Below are positions 32,432-45,647 of a stretch of 64,000 nt of DNA, piece by piece (within the stretch, counting starts at the first letter, position 1; each line of letters begins with the position of its first letter). The notes under the pieces are model-generated. The model saw nothing but the letters and a program-made list of their open reading frames with translations. It was not told the DNA's origin and searched no databases. Where the stretch lies: sequence record MK250021.1; one strand, 5' to 3'. A program made the position numbers and the translations under genes.

Positions 32432-33565
32432 TTATAAATTAATTTGTCTTAATCCTTCTGATAAAATATTCAAAGAAGCATTATAATCTCTATCTATTAA
32501 AGATTTACAATGTGGACATATCCACTTGCGCTAACTTAGTTTTAAATCTTTATAAATATATCCACAATTATGACATGTCTTTGATGAAGGATAGAATCTA
32601 TCTATTATAACTAAATTTTTATTATACCTATTACACTTATATTCAAGTTGTCGTCTGAACTCAAATAAACTTAATTCCTATATGGACTTAGATAGTTTAT
32701 GATTAGACATCATACCATTTACATTTAAATCTTCAATACAGATAACTTGGTTCTCATTAACTAGTTTTGAAGTTATTTGATGTAAATAATTTAATCTCTA
32801 ATTCTTTATTTTCTCATGAACTTTTGCAATTTTAACTCTTACTTTATTTCTATTAATACTGTCTTTCTATTTCTTAAATAATTGCCTCTATAATTTCTTT
32901 AATTTATTTTCTTGATTTTTATAAAAATGCTTATTCTCATATCTATTTCCATTTGAATCAACAATAAAATCTTTAATTCCTAAATCTAATCCTATTACAT
33001 TATCTAACTTTTCTTTTTCTTTAATATTATAATCAATACATATTGATAGATAATATTTGTTTGTAGAAGTTTTAGTAAGAGTAACAAAATGAATTTTATC
33101 TTGATTATGATTTAAATATATTTCATCTTTTCTTGAACACTTAAATAATATATTTTTTAACTACTTTATTAAAGTTATTCTATTTCCTCTAATTTTTTTA
33201 TTTTTAAACTTAAACATTGAATTAGTAAATCTGCAAGATTGTTTAGCATCTTTTTTAGATTTGAATTTAGGATAATATGTATATGATTTTAAAAAATTAT
33301 CATATGCTTTAATTACATCTATCATTGATTGCTATAAACATGCATTATATACATCATTTAAAAAAGAATATTCATCTTGCTTCCTTAAAGAAACTAAATA
33401 TTTACCTAACTATGATAAAGAAACAGATTGCTTATATTGTTTATATATTAATTTTTTATAATCTAATAATTTATTATATATAAATCTACAACAACCTAAT
33501 TGTTTAGAAATAAATTCTTTCTAAGCAACATCAGGATATATTCTTATTTTAATAGATTTGATCAT
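32432..33565 (-). mobile_element. tnpB: TnpB RNA-guided endonuclease (IS200/IS605/IS607-type), 377 aa in code 15; no tnpA
   Basis: MIKSIKIRIYP...GCCRFIYN; RuvC GLDLG, IEDL, DRDYNAS; Zn finger CHNC/CPHC; open only with TAG=Q. Confidence 0.9.
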
Positions 33566-33634
33566 ATACAATAAAATTATTTATATAATATAAAATTAAC
33601 TTCTTAAAAAGTTTACATTTTATAGAAATATTTT

Positions 33635-34303
33635 TCAAATTGGTTTTGGACAAAGTTTAACTAACTTACTTCTCAACGAATTTAATATAGGTTTAAACTT
33701 AGTTTTATATTCATCCCAATTATTACCCATCATTTGAATCTTTATCCAATATGAATTTGCTTCACTATAATCATATATCTTTCCATATTCTGCAATTTGA
33801 ATACCAAACATATATAATCTTATACAATGAAAAATAGATTTTTTTGCTCTATATAAATCATAATCTTTTTCTATAATTAATTTCTTATGACATTTTGCAT
33901 ATGAGTTATTAACAATAGAAGAAATAACTTTCCTTAATTTCCATTTATCAAGAATGAAATAATTCGCGTATAACGAGTTAAATTTTTCAAAACTATCATA
34001 CATACTACTTTTCATAAATAAGCTCTCTAACGCGATTATATGATGTTCATATAGCATCTTTTTAAATGTATTATTATTGATAATCTGAAAATCAAAATCA
34101 ATAGCATTTCCATCAAATACATGAAGTTCCGTTATACCATTATAATCATCTGTTAATTTAATATCATCATCTACAATAACAATAATATCCTTATCTGATT
34201 TTTCATTATTAGTTCCATATACATAAGATCCATGCATAAAAGATAATATATAATGTTCACGTATATTTAATGGTAAACATTCCTTTATAAGTTTCCAATC
34301 CAT
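33635..34303 (-). CDS. Pol-beta superfamily nucleotidyltransferase
   Basis: HGSYVYGTNNEKSDKDIIVIV (GS...DxD). Confidence 0.75.
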   Translation of the reverse strand: MDWKLIKECLPLNIREHYILSFMHGSYVYGTNNEKSDKDIIVIVDDDIKLTDDYNGITELHVFDGNAIDFDFQIINNNTFKKMLYEHHIIALESLFMKSSMYDSFEKFNSLYANYFILDKWKLRKVISSIVNNSYAKCHKKLIIEKDYDLYRAKKSIFHCIRLYMFGIQIAEYGKIYDYSEANSYWIKIQMMGNNWDEYKTKFKPILNSLRSKLVKLCPKPI

Positions 34304-34306
34304 AAA

Positions 34307-35079
34307 TCATTCAACTAAATCATATTCTAACTTATGAAATATTATTCTCTTTTCCTTTAAAAGTTTATCCAATAATTCATTAAAATCAAATTTAACGGTA
34401 GTTAATGAATCATATACTAAATTTGGTACTTTATATAATTTGAATAATTGCTCAAAATTCGCAATTATACCATTATAAAGTTTTTTCTCTGATGTATATG
34501 TATGTTTACCTTTATAATTAAGAATAAGTTTACCATCTAATGTAGCATACCACATATATTTCTTCTTATTATTCTTATTAATTAAAGGCTTTGTTATTTG
34601 ATCAAAAAATGAATCATCTATATCTATCTCATCATTTAACTCTATTTTATTATCATGGTTAAAATCAATACGTTTCTCAATATTAATCTTTACTTTCATT
34701 TTATTATCTTTGTATTTAAAAGAACACATGGTTTACCGATATAAAAAACACCAGGAATTTCCTTAAATTCTTTCATTAGTTTTTTAGTTTCACGTTTTAA
34801 TTTATTCAAATATGTTTTATATGCTTTCTCTCTGTTATGGTCTATCCATGCATCATAATAATCTTGTCTAGAAAAATCTTCACGCTTTTTATCATACCAT
34901 TCTATATCAGTAAACTTATTAATGTATATTTCTATCGCTTCTTCTATAGAATTAGCTGATATATGATAAGTTTCAGTTATTACTTTAACATCATCTTCAT
35001 AATCGTCTTCTTCTATAGATATGTCTGTATAACAAAATATCTTTAATGTATTATTTTGATTTTTAAACTTTACACTCAT
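34307..35079 (-). CDS. Two hypothetical proteins (35079-34696; about 34729-34307)
   Basis: Co-oriented operon members. Confidence 0.55.
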
Positions 35080-35190
35080 TTATAATATTAATTAGTTATA
35101 CTCTTTATATGTAATATAAAATAAAAAAGTCTTAACATATTATAATAATATAATACATTAAGACTAAAAACTTAAAAATAACATGAAAAA

Positions 35191-35715
35191 TTATTTCTTA
35201 TTATTACAATTAACAATAACCTTATTATATACATCTAATAATATATTATCATTATTAAATGCTATATCTATATCAGATGTAAAAATCATTGATAATGGAA
35301 TAAACATTATATCATCAACTTCATTAGGTTCAGAATGTTCACTTGTTAATTCATAATCATCTATTATTCCTGGAAGAATTGCATAATAAATTACGCTTAC
35401 ATTCTGTCGCTTTGTATCTGGAATTGAATTAATGGCATAAAAATTCATCAATACTCTTGGGATAGAAATACCTGTTTCTTCAAAGGTCTCTCTCATTCCA
35501 CATTGACATAAATCCTCATCATGATCCAAATAACCAGCTGGAACATTCCACCTTCCTACATTTGATGGACATCCTTTACCGCGTTTATTAATTAATGCAC
35601 ACCAATTTTCATCTGAATCTTTACAGAATACACAAGTCGCAACAGTTATTGAACGAGAATACCAATATTTTTCACCGTTATATTCAAACTCAAAATTTCG
35701 TAATCTCTGTTTCAT
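35191..35715 (-). CDS. Nudix hydrolase
   Basis: Nudix box AGYLDHDEDLCQCGMRETFEETGI. Confidence 0.85.
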   Translation of the reverse strand: MKQRLRNFEFEYNGEKYWYSRSITVATCVFCKDSDENWCALINKRGKGCPSNVGRWNVPAGYLDHDEDLCQCGMRETFEETGISIPRVLMNFYAINSIPDTKRQNVSVIYYAILPGIIDDYELTSEHSEPNEVDDIMFIPLSMIFTSDIDIAFNNDNILLDVYNKVIVNCNNKK

Positions 35716-35734
35716 TTATTAATATAATTTTATT

Positions 35735-36268
35735 TTAAAATGTTCCTGTAGAACCAGCCATTCCATCTGCCCTATCAGATTTCTCTATCTTATTATAATC
35801 ATCTTCACTCATTTCTTTCCAATCTGTATCAAGATAAATCTGATGGATAAACTGAACAAGTTTCTGACCTGTCTGAACTGTAATATCTGTATTTCCATTA
35901 TTACAAAGATTAATATGAACTTCTCCCTGGTAATCTGCATCAATAGTATTTGCCATTACATCAAGATGATATTTAGAAGCGACACCAGATTTATTTGTTG
36001 CTTGAAGATATGTTCTTTTATCATTAATCCAAACTTTAATACCAGATGGAATCATTACTTGCTCACCTGCAGGAATAGTAATAAACAAATCATCATCCTT
36101 AATATTATAGAAAATTTTGTTACCTTCATTCTTCTTAATCAAATCAACAAGAAACTCCTAATTATAGAAAGGTACGAAAAAATCAGTTCCTGCATCATGA
36201 CTATTAGCTCTATTTGGCAACTTAACATTTCTAACTCTTGTAAACTATACTGTAGTATTATAACTCAT
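35735..36268 (-). CDS. dut: Trimeric dUTPase, 177 aa in code 15
   Basis: N-terminal LPNRANSHDAGTDF recovered through 2 TAG; NKSGVA, TIDADYQGEV, RADGMAGSTG. Confidence 0.9.
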
Positions 36269-36380
36269 TCTTTATATTAAAAATAATTTTTATATTATAT
36301 GAATATATGTTAATAAAGTTTAACAAAATAATTATTAATAATACTTAAAAAATATTTTCAAAAATAGTAGACTTTTTTCA

Positions 36381-36865
36381 NNNNNNNNNNNNNNNNNNNN
36401 NNNNNNNNNNNNNNNNNNNNNNNNNNNNNNNNNNNNNNNNNNNNNNNNNNNNNNNNNNNNNNNNNNNNNNNNNNNNNNNNNNNNNNNNNNNNNNNNNNNN
36501 NNNNNNNNNNNNNNNNNNNNNNNNNNNNNNNNNNNNNNNNNNNNNNNNNNNNNNNNNNNNNNNNNNNNNNNNNNNNNNNNNNNNNNNNNNNNNNNNNNNN
36601 NNNNNNNNNNNNNNNNNNNNNNNNNNNNNNNNNNNNNNNNNNNNNNNNNNNNNNNNNNNNNNNNNNNNNNNNNNNNNNNNNNNNNNNNNNNNNNNNNNNN
36701 NNNNNNNNNNNNNNNNNNNNNNNNNNNNNNNNNNNNNNNNNNNNNNNNNNNNNNNNNNNNNNNNNNNNNNNNNNNNNNNNNNNNNNNNNNNNNNNNNNNN
36801 NNNNNNNNNNNNNNNNNNNNNNNNNNNNNNNNNNNNNNNNNNNNNNNNNNNNNNNNNNNNNNNNN
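36381..36865. other. Assembly gap or masked region (485 N)
   Basis: Run of N. Confidence 0.99.
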
Positions 36866-36921
36866 AATTCTATATACATTTATTATATAGATAAATATTC
36901 AAATATTCTTTTTTTAATTTA

Positions 36922-37833
36922 ATGAAATTTAATTTTGATAAATCTATTAATGAAAAATTATCTTTTTTATATGAATCATTATTTGATGATGAAACTGATG
37001 ATATTCTTAATAATGATGAAGAATCTCCGTTGAGTAATGTTTATAATGATGAAAAATAGTTTAATGATTTTTTAAATGATTGTAATAAATTAGATTTATT
37101 TTATAGATAGTGGAATTCTGAAAAATATATAGAAAGATTATAGGAAGAAAAGAAAATTAATCATAGTAATGTGATTTATCTTAAACAATTAAGTTTAGCT
37201 TTTAAAGATTAGAAATAGTTTGATAAATTTTGTAATATGTTCGATTGTTATCCAACATTAAAATTATATATAGGATATTTAGAATTAGATATGAATTTTG
37301 ATAGAAATGGAATACCTAATATAAAATTTAATTTTAATAATTTTAATAATACATTTATTGATATTGATACTATTTCTATATATGGCGGAATATTTGAAAA
37401 TTTAGAAGGAATTAATGAAACAATATCATTGAAAAATATTCATTTTAATAATTCTTATGTTAAGTCAATAAATGGATTATTAGGAAGCGTTAGAATATTG
37501 GATTTTTTATATAATAAACCTATTGAATCCGTTACTGATTGGAGTAATTTATAGAATATGACAAAACTTTATAGGTTAACCGTTGATTATACAGAGTGGA
37601 AATTTATTGGTATAGATCATCTTTTACATTTTAATAATATACCAGAAAACATATTAGATATAAAGGAAGTTAATTTTATAAATCATGATGCATTTGGTAA
37701 ATTAAGATATTATAAGAATTATATAAAAAATATGTTTATAGAGGAAAATCCTAATGTTAAAGGTAAACTTAAATCTAATATTATTAGACAACTTCAAGGT
37801 AATTATGAACCTATATTACATGGGAGAAAATAA
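36922..37833 (+). CDS. LxESLFDD-family late protein with LRR-like repeats, 303 aa in code 15
   Basis: Joins 37237-37554 and 37558-37833; starts MKFNFDKSINEKLSFLYESLFDD. Confidence 0.65.
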
Positions 37834-37956
37834 TATATTGAATATTTCTTCTGTATTGTGTTAAAATTAATTAAGGTTAATAACTATAAGGTAAAGAGAT
37901 TTGATTGCGATACGGAGAAGATATGGTATCAAATTTTGAGTTTTATTAAATTATGT

Positions 37957-37985
37957 TAAACTATTAAAAATATATTTTATATAAT
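37957..37985 (+). promoter_or_regulatory. Putative phage middle promoter TAAAC-N17/18-TATAAT, representative copy
   Basis: Same spacing at 45733 and 52988 (plus), 36322 and 6816 (minus). Confidence 0.6.
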
Positions 37986-38006
37986 AAACAAATAAAAGTT
38001 TAATAT

Positions 38007-39116
38007 ATGAGAAAATATTTTGAAGTTCCTGATATTATAACTGATGATTTTATTATATAGAATTTTAAATTAAAGAATACAGAAAATGATATTAATCCTA
38101 GTAGGGCAAGTAAGATATTTTTAAATTAGTATCCAACTATTAAAGAATATATAGAAAATAGATATGTGGATTCAGAATCCACATATGAAACTTTTTATAG
38201 AATATTTCATCATATTGAACATAGACCTAAATGTAAGGCATGTGGTAAAGTTTTAGAATTTCATCATAACCATAAATTTAGAGAATATTGTTCATAGAAA
38301 TGTGTATAGAATTTTGAAGATGTTATATAGAAGAAATCAAAAACAAGAAAAAGAAAAGTAACAGAATATAAATATTTGGGAAAAGATTTTTATCAAGAAG
38401 TTAGGAAGAAAATAGAAGATACCTGTTTAAAAAGATATGGTACAAAATATCCTACGTAGTGTGATGAAATAAAAGAAAAAGTTAAGCAAACTAATATAAA
38501 AAGATTAGGTGTTCCATATACAGCTTAGAATAAAAAGTGTTTAGAAAAGATGAAGCAAACCTGTATAGAGAGATATGGAGTAGACCATAATTTTAAAATT
38601 CCAGGTATGAAGGAACATATTAAGGAAACTTGGATTGAAAAATACGGTTGCGAAAATCCTATGTAGAATAAAGATATATTATAGAAAAATTTTGATTCAA
38701 AGAAAAAACATAATTCATACAGATAGTCAAAATCAGAAGAATCATTACATGAATATCTTTGTAATAAATATGGAGCAAATGATATATTAAGATAGTATAA
38801 ATCTGATTTATATCCATATCATTGTGACTTTTATATTAAAAGTTTGGATTTGTATATTGAATTGCAAGGTTATTGGTCACATGGTTATCATCCATTTAAT
38901 CCTAATGATAAAAATGATATTGAACGTTTAAATGAATTAATGTTAAGAAAAGATAAAACAGGTTATTCACATGCTATTGATGTATGGACTGTTAGAGATG
39001 TCAATAAGAGAAATACGGCAAAAGAAAATAATTTAAATTATTTGGAACTATTTGCAGTTAAAAAAGAAGATTTAATTAATAAATTTGAAGAATACATAAA
39101 AAATAAAAAAATTTAA
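38007..39116 (+). CDS. Free-standing homing endonuclease (Zn finger, KYG repeats, C-terminal PD-(D/E)XK/Vsr-like domain), 369 aa in code 15
   Basis: CKACG...YCSQKC; TCLKRYG, TCIERYG, TWIEKYG repeats; SKSEE...CDFYIKSLDLYIELQGYWSHG. Confidence 0.75.
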
Positions 39117-39119
39117 TAT

Positions 39120-39679
39120 ATGAATGAAAGCTATAAAAATCAACATAAACCATCAAGAAATTCAAGGTTTAAACAAGGTTATTTTCATCCAAAACATCCA
39201 GAAAAATGGGTGACTAAAACCAACGAATATAGAAGTTCGTGGGAATTTTTTTTTTTTTTATGGATTGGTGTGACAGAAATCCTTAGGTTTTGAGAGTTGG
39301 TTCAGAACCATGTGCTATATAGTATAGAGATCCTGTTGCTAATTTGGAATATTGTCATCAACATCATTTGGATCCAAATAATCCTTAGAACTGGAAGATT
39401 AGAAAATATTATGTTGATATGTGGGTTGAGTTTAAAAAGAAAGATGGTGAAGTTATAAAAGTGTTTATTGAGATTAAACCTTATGCACAAACAATTAAAC
39501 CTGAACCATTGAAACCTGGAGCGAAGTTAAAAGAAGTTAATCGTTATAATAGAGAAATGAAAACATTTTTGACTAACCAAGCAAAATGGAGAGCAGCAAA
39601 ATATGAGTTTAAAAAACGCGGAGTTTAGTTTCAGGTGTGGACAGAACGCGAATTAAGTGATAAATTAAAATTGTTTTAA
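39120..39679 (+). CDS. T4 gp4-like head completion nuclease, frame broken at a T14 run (39246-39259)
   Basis: QGYFHPKHPEKW...YRSSWE / MDWCDRNP...SEP...IEIKPYAQT...NQAKWRAA...FQVWTE. Confidence 0.8.
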
Positions 39680-39686
39680 TTTAATT

Positions 39687-40604
39687 ATGAATAAGAATAT
39701 TAGACGATTAATAGAATCTCTATTTGATGATGATATATTAGATGATATTAGTAAACCAGATAATTCTGATATGATTTTTGATAAAATAAGTTCAACTGAT
39801 ATTGTAAAGCCTTTATTGGATAAGATAGTAGATAGATCCGAGAATAATGATTTAGCAATATTTTTCAACGCATATAAAACATTACCATAGTTATCCGAAA
39901 TATCAAAAAGTTATAAGAATGGAATAAACATAGGTTATGTTAGAATTTCATTATATAAAGGAAATGTAAAATATTTTAAAGAATTATTTGATATATTATT
40001 GGATTATGATATTCATTTTAGTATAAACGTATTAGAATTTTCATTAGAAAATAAAACTGATAAGGTATATTCAATTAAAGATTTATTTGATTTTGAAAAA
40101 TATAAAAGTATTTTAAAAATAAAAGATTTTGTAGTTAGTTATGGGAGATTAAAAGATTTTAAAGGATTTCCGTCTTATATAGAAAACGAAATTTATTTAA
40201 ATTGGATTAAAGAAGTAAATTCATTAGAAGGATTTCCAATAACAAAAAATAACTTATCTTTATATTTTAATAATAGTGTATTACCGGATGATTGGACCGG
40301 ATGCCCACATAAATTACAAGAATTAAATTTTCAACCGGAATTACCATCTATGTTATTTAATGTAGAGGATGAAGTTAATTCTATTGTTAATAGTATGGGT
40401 AATTTAAAAAATATACCATATGATTTAACATTTGAAAGAGATAATATGAGTAGAGGATGTAATCTATATATAGGATGCATGCTTGTAGATCCTTCATGGA
40501 AGACAGAGGTTAAAAAAGAAATAAGAAAATATATAGGAAATTGCTTAAAAACACAATATAAAAATATAACTAATTTAAAAAAAAAAATTATGTTATAGTA
40601 TTAA
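39687..40604 (+). CDS. LxESLFDD-family late protein with SLEGxP repeats, 305 aa in code 15
   Basis: Joins 39687-39890 and 39999-40598; LKDFKGFP, VNSLEGFP, WTGCP. Confidence 0.65.
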
Positions 40605-40721
40605 AATGACTTAATTTATTTATAAAAATCACAAAATTATATTAATTTATAGTTTTGTGATTTTTTATTTTATAATAATATGTGTATCTTTGAATTATAA
40701 ATTAAAAAAATGTAATTTATT

Positions 40722-43700
40722 ATGGATAAGAATACATTAAAAAAACAGATGAACCAAATTCATGATATAAATTTATCAAAGCGAATTGGTGAAGTTTGTG
40801 AGTGTCCAGTATGTGGCAATTCTTTCGTTAAGAAACATATTAAACATGTTTATTGTGGAGGACGTGATAATCAGACATGTAAGAATGCTTATAATAATTT
40901 CATGCGTTATAATACTGTTTATGATTTTGGGAGATTTGTTAATTTGAAAAATAAAAATAAAAATAATAATGTCACTACTAAATCAACAAAATCATTTAAT
41001 AAGTATATGTCTTTTTCATTTGGCAATGATTCTTCATTATCAGATAAGTCGAATAAAGAGTTAAATGAAGTTAAAGATACTTCTAAGTATGTTAGTGAAA
41101 CTTTAAGTGTAGATAAACAAGTATTAAAGAATATTGAGTCTTCATTAGAAACTCGTATTAGAGAAAAAATTGAAAAAGAGTTTGAATATGAATATAAGAA
41201 TAAATTAGAGAAAGAATATAATAAAGGTTATAATAAAGTATGTGCTAACTATGAAGAAGCAAAAAATGGGAAAATGCCGAATTTAATGGTTGTGTTTAAA
41301 TAATGATGTATGTTGTTATTTTATAGATTTGATGATATTCCAAAAAATGAGAGGTCTTCAATTTTTTGGAGAGGCGAAGAAAAAATAGGTGAAGAAAAAG
41401 GAGTATCTGTTTATGAAGCTCATAAAAATATAAATGGAACATATTCACCAGTTTTACCTAATCCTATAAATGAAACAGGGTTTGATACTTTTATTCATTT
41501 AATTAGATATTATTCCGGTAACAAATATTTGGTAACAGGAGATTTATTAGATGACAGAGGAACAGATGGTGAACCATTAATTAAGAACGTTAAAATAATT
41601 AAGAAGTTATGAATAAAGAAGAACGTTATAAGAAGATAAATGATTTGATTCCACAAATCGAGTTAATTAAAGATACTATTTATAATATCGTATGGGAACC
41701 TCAGGAAGGTGATTTTGATAATCATTTCGACAATCTTCCAAAAGCAGAGAAGGTTGCTATCATAGGAATATTGAATGATGCAAATAGACTTAGTAATTCA
41801 GTTGCATGTTATGCACATTGGTTTGAACAAAAGTAAACATTTTCAATAATTTAGACTATAATTTATAGATTTGTTGTTAATTAGATAAAGTTTATGAAAA
41901 ATAATAAAGAAATTATTAAGGAATTTTATCCATATGTAAGTGATGCACTTAAGAAAATGGATAATGTTGATATAGAAACATTGCAGAATACATATAATAT
42001 TCTTAGTAATATGAATGATTATTCTGTTGATGAAGTTATTAATGCTCAAAAAATAGTTAAAGATATTATTAATAAAACTATTGATGAGTTTAAAGATAAA
42101 TTTATTAAGAATGTTTCATTTGATGATATTATTTTATATGCGCAGGTATCAAAATCTGTATTGAAAAATAATAATACAAAGAAGAATTTTTTTAATAATA
42201 CGGGTGTAACTATTGATACAAAAAATATAGTAGGAACTAAATCATTTGAAGCTATTCAACATGATTTGTTTGGTGGTGAACCAACTGTATATAAGAAGAA
42301 AAAGAAGTTTTCAAAAATTAATGATAAAGTTACACTTTATTCAAATATTCCTTATTTAACTCTTAAGAAAAATGAGCATTTATATCGTATAGCTACACTT
42401 ATTCCTTATAATAAGCAAGTAGTAGATGATAATGGTAAGAAAATAAAGGGATTAATCTATGGAATGCTTCCAACTATGTATTTTGTAACAGATAATAAGA
42501 AACGAGATTTTAGAATTGCTCGTAATAATTATATTAATATTGTAAGGTCTCAGAATGAAAAGTTGGTTAAGCATTATGAAGAAACTTACAATATTACGTT
42601 AGGTTATGATGTTTCAGCTAAAATGATTAAGTAATTATGGTAGCAACTTATATAGCATTTACATTTTTTGTATGTTTAGTATTATTATGTTTTACTATAA
42701 TACTTTTTATATGTATATCAGTATATGATAATATGGTACAATATAATGATCCAGGTCCATTTAAGAAATGGTTTTCAAGAATTATAATTTTTATTATATG
42801 CTATTTTTTTATAAATTGGACACATTATTTAATGTTTAAACCTATACGATTTATAAGTAGTGATGAACCTGTTTTAATAACAGGAAATAATGCTACATAT
42901 AGATATTATAATTATTTTCAAACAGATTCTGATGATGTAATTGTACATAAACCGATCTATATGAAAGGTATAATATATAAGGATAAAGTATCTAATTGTA
43001 GTGATAATGATAATAATGTTAATCATCATGATATTTGTATAAAGTCAGAAGATGGCAAACATATTGAAGAAGATTATCATTATAATCCTCAAATAGAAGA
43101 TTTACCTTTTGAAGAATATAAAAAACGTGTAGGATTTAAAAAGGTATTTTTTCCAGAGGAACGATATTATTTAATTTATTTTAGCAAATAAAAGTTTATG
43201 ATGAATATATTTTTAATTTTACATTTTATACCCGTAATTGTAGGACTATATATTTTTTATATAATACCTTATTTTACATTGAAAAAGAATTCATCATTAT
43301 ATGATTATTTTAATAATTTGGAGTTTATATCAATTCCATCTTTAACTATATTAACAATAGTACCAATATTTAATTATATTATATTGTTTAAATTAGTTGA
43401 AGAGTATAGTAATGATTCTGAAAAAGAAGAATGTTTAAATCAAACAGTATCTAATATATATGATTTCTTTAAAGAATTTTTTACAGCTTTATGGATGTTA
43501 TTTGTATGGTTGTTTGGTCTTAAGTATGTATTTAGATTTTTTAATAAAATATTAACACTTAAAATAAAGTAATTAAAAATGGAATTAACAAAGGAATATC
43601 TTTTAGATCATGGATATGAAACAAATCATCCTGATCGTGTTTTGTGTCGTTTTTATAAGACTAATAATGAATCTCCTGAGTGGCGAGTTAGTGTAGAACA

Positions 43701-43851
43701 GGAATATTTTCCATTGAGTAATAAACTTACATTCAATATTAATTGTTGGAAGTGTAATGAGAGTGGTGCTATTATTAAGCGTTCTTCTATAGGATATGCT
43801 ACAACAGTTGAAGAGTTGAATAATGTTATTGCTCTATGTGGAATCGAGTAA
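40722..43851 (+). CDS. Early operon of hypothetical proteins (40722 Zn-finger; 41310; 41609; 41894; 42637 and 43198 membrane; 43579)
   Basis: Follows TATCTTTG at 40685; no in-frame TAG in these ORFs. Confidence 0.65.
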
Positions 43852-44672
43852 TATTTAATATAAAGAATTTATGGTTTTGGTATTTAATAAATTATTATAC
43901 CAGAACCTATTTCAATAATTTAAAGAATATGATGGTTAAACCGTATATTAAAGAAGATAGAAAATTAACAGCTAAGAATCATATAGAAGAAATGGAAAAT
44001 TCTTTTCATCCTATGATTCAAACTTCTATTAGAGATTCTGTTGTATATACAGAGGATGATAATGTTTTAGATAAAAGAAATATTATTGTAGAAGATATAA
44101 AGACAGAAGATGCAGTTTTTAAGTATGGAGAAGATAAACATTTATGTGTATTGAATTTTTCAAGCTATAAATATCCTGGTGGAGGTTTCATTAAAGGTGC
44201 GATAGCTCAAGAAGAAGCATTATGTCATGCAAGTGATTTATATAATGTAATCTCCGATAAAAAATTTAATACATATTATGAACATAATCGACAAAATACT
44301 AACGGCGGATTATATAAGAATTTTGCTATCTATTCTCCAAATATTATTTTTAATAGAGTTGCTGATAATTTTATTTCTGTAGATGTAATTACATGTCCAG
44401 CACCAAATCTTTCACATTATGAAGGACATATTTATTATGCGATGAAAGCTATGAATGATAGAATAAAATTTATTCTTGATATTGCAGAGAAACATAAACA
44501 AAAGAATTTGGTTCTTGGTGCATTTGGATGCGGAGTATTTAAGAATGATCCTCAATTTGTTGCTGAAGTATTTAAGGAATTATTGGGATCTTCTAAATAT
44601 CATTTTGAAGCCATTATATTCGCAATACCGGGAGGAATTAATTATAAGAAATTTAAAGAAGTTTTTTCTTAA
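43836..44672 (+). CDS. TIGR02452/DUF2263 macrodomain, bacterial-type PARG-like (start may be near 43930)
   Basis: VLNFSSYKYPGGGFIKGAIAQEEALCHAS, VITCPAPN, LVLGAFGCGVFKNDP. Confidence 0.85.
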   Translation: MWNRVIFNIKNLWFWYLINYYTRTYFNNLKNMMVKPYIKEDRKLTAKNHIEEMENSFHPMIQTSIRDSVVYTEDDNVLDKRNIIVEDIKTEDAVFKYGEDKHLCVLNFSSYKYPGGGFIKGAIAQEEALCHASDLYNVISDKKFNTYYEHNRQNTNGGLYKNFAIYSPNIIFNRVADNFISVDVITCPAPNLSHYEGHIYYAMKAMNDRIKFILDIAEKHKQKNLVLGAFGCGVFKNDPQFVAEVFKELLGSSKYHFEAIIFAIPGGINYKKFKEVFS

Positions 44673-44747
44673 ATATTTTTTTATTTAAAATAAAATATGT
44701 ATCTTTGTATTGTTAATAAAATAATGAACAATTAAAATAACGAAGAT

Positions 44748-45647
44748 ATGAATAAGTCTCTTAAAATACAAATAACACTTCTTGTGGTTATTCTTACAGT
44801 AGGAATAATTATAGTTAACAACATTAAATCTAATGTTAACTATATTAATGAACCTTGTCCTCTTTGTGGTTCATCTGAGGTTCTTGATTTTGGTTATGAT
44901 AATATGAATGGTCAAGAACATGCTCATTGTGTTACTTGTGAAAGAGACTTCTACATTGATGTAGATTAAAAAGTTCCTACTGTTTTTTATAATGGTTAAA
45001 GAGTATTAGAGAATATTCTTTAACCATTTTCTTTTATATATATAAACAATTATTTAATTATTTAATATAAAATATAGAGATGATAAATTTTAAAAAGAAA
45101 CATGTTGAACGGACATATTTTTCTGTTATAATGTCATGGGTATATACAGGATATAAATATGATTCTGTTTCTGATGCAACAAATAATTTAAGAAAAGCAA
45201 TAGAATATATAGAAAACAATAAATCTGATTTATATTTTGATGAAATTATATCATCTGGATTAGGCTCAATAGCATCAGGAAATTATACAGATACTATTAT
45301 TAGACCATATCTTATAGTAAGGAGAAATTATTGGGATGATATGTTTAAAACAGAACATGAAAAAAATATATATAAACAAATAATAAATTTAACAATACCT
45401 TAAAAATATGATTTATGAAATGAATGTTAAAGAAGAACCAGATATTTTTAATGAATTAAAAAAATATCTTCAAAATACATATAAACTTTCTGTTGTTGAA
45501 TCTATTAATTTAATAGGTAAAATAGAAAATTTAATTAGAAAAGAAACCGATAAAATTATAAAAAATAGAAAACCATTTGAAATTGATTTTAATAAAATTG
45601 ATTTAGATGATATTTTAGATGTTGATTTTTTAGATGATAAAAAATAA
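44748..45647 (+). CDS. Three small hypothetical proteins (44748 membrane-anchored Zn-ribbon; 45080; 45408)
   Basis: First follows promoter 44700; CPLCG...CVTC. Confidence 0.6.

Noticed and set aside
36358-36879. 173-aa ORF across the N run
   Set aside because: Artefact of ambiguous bases
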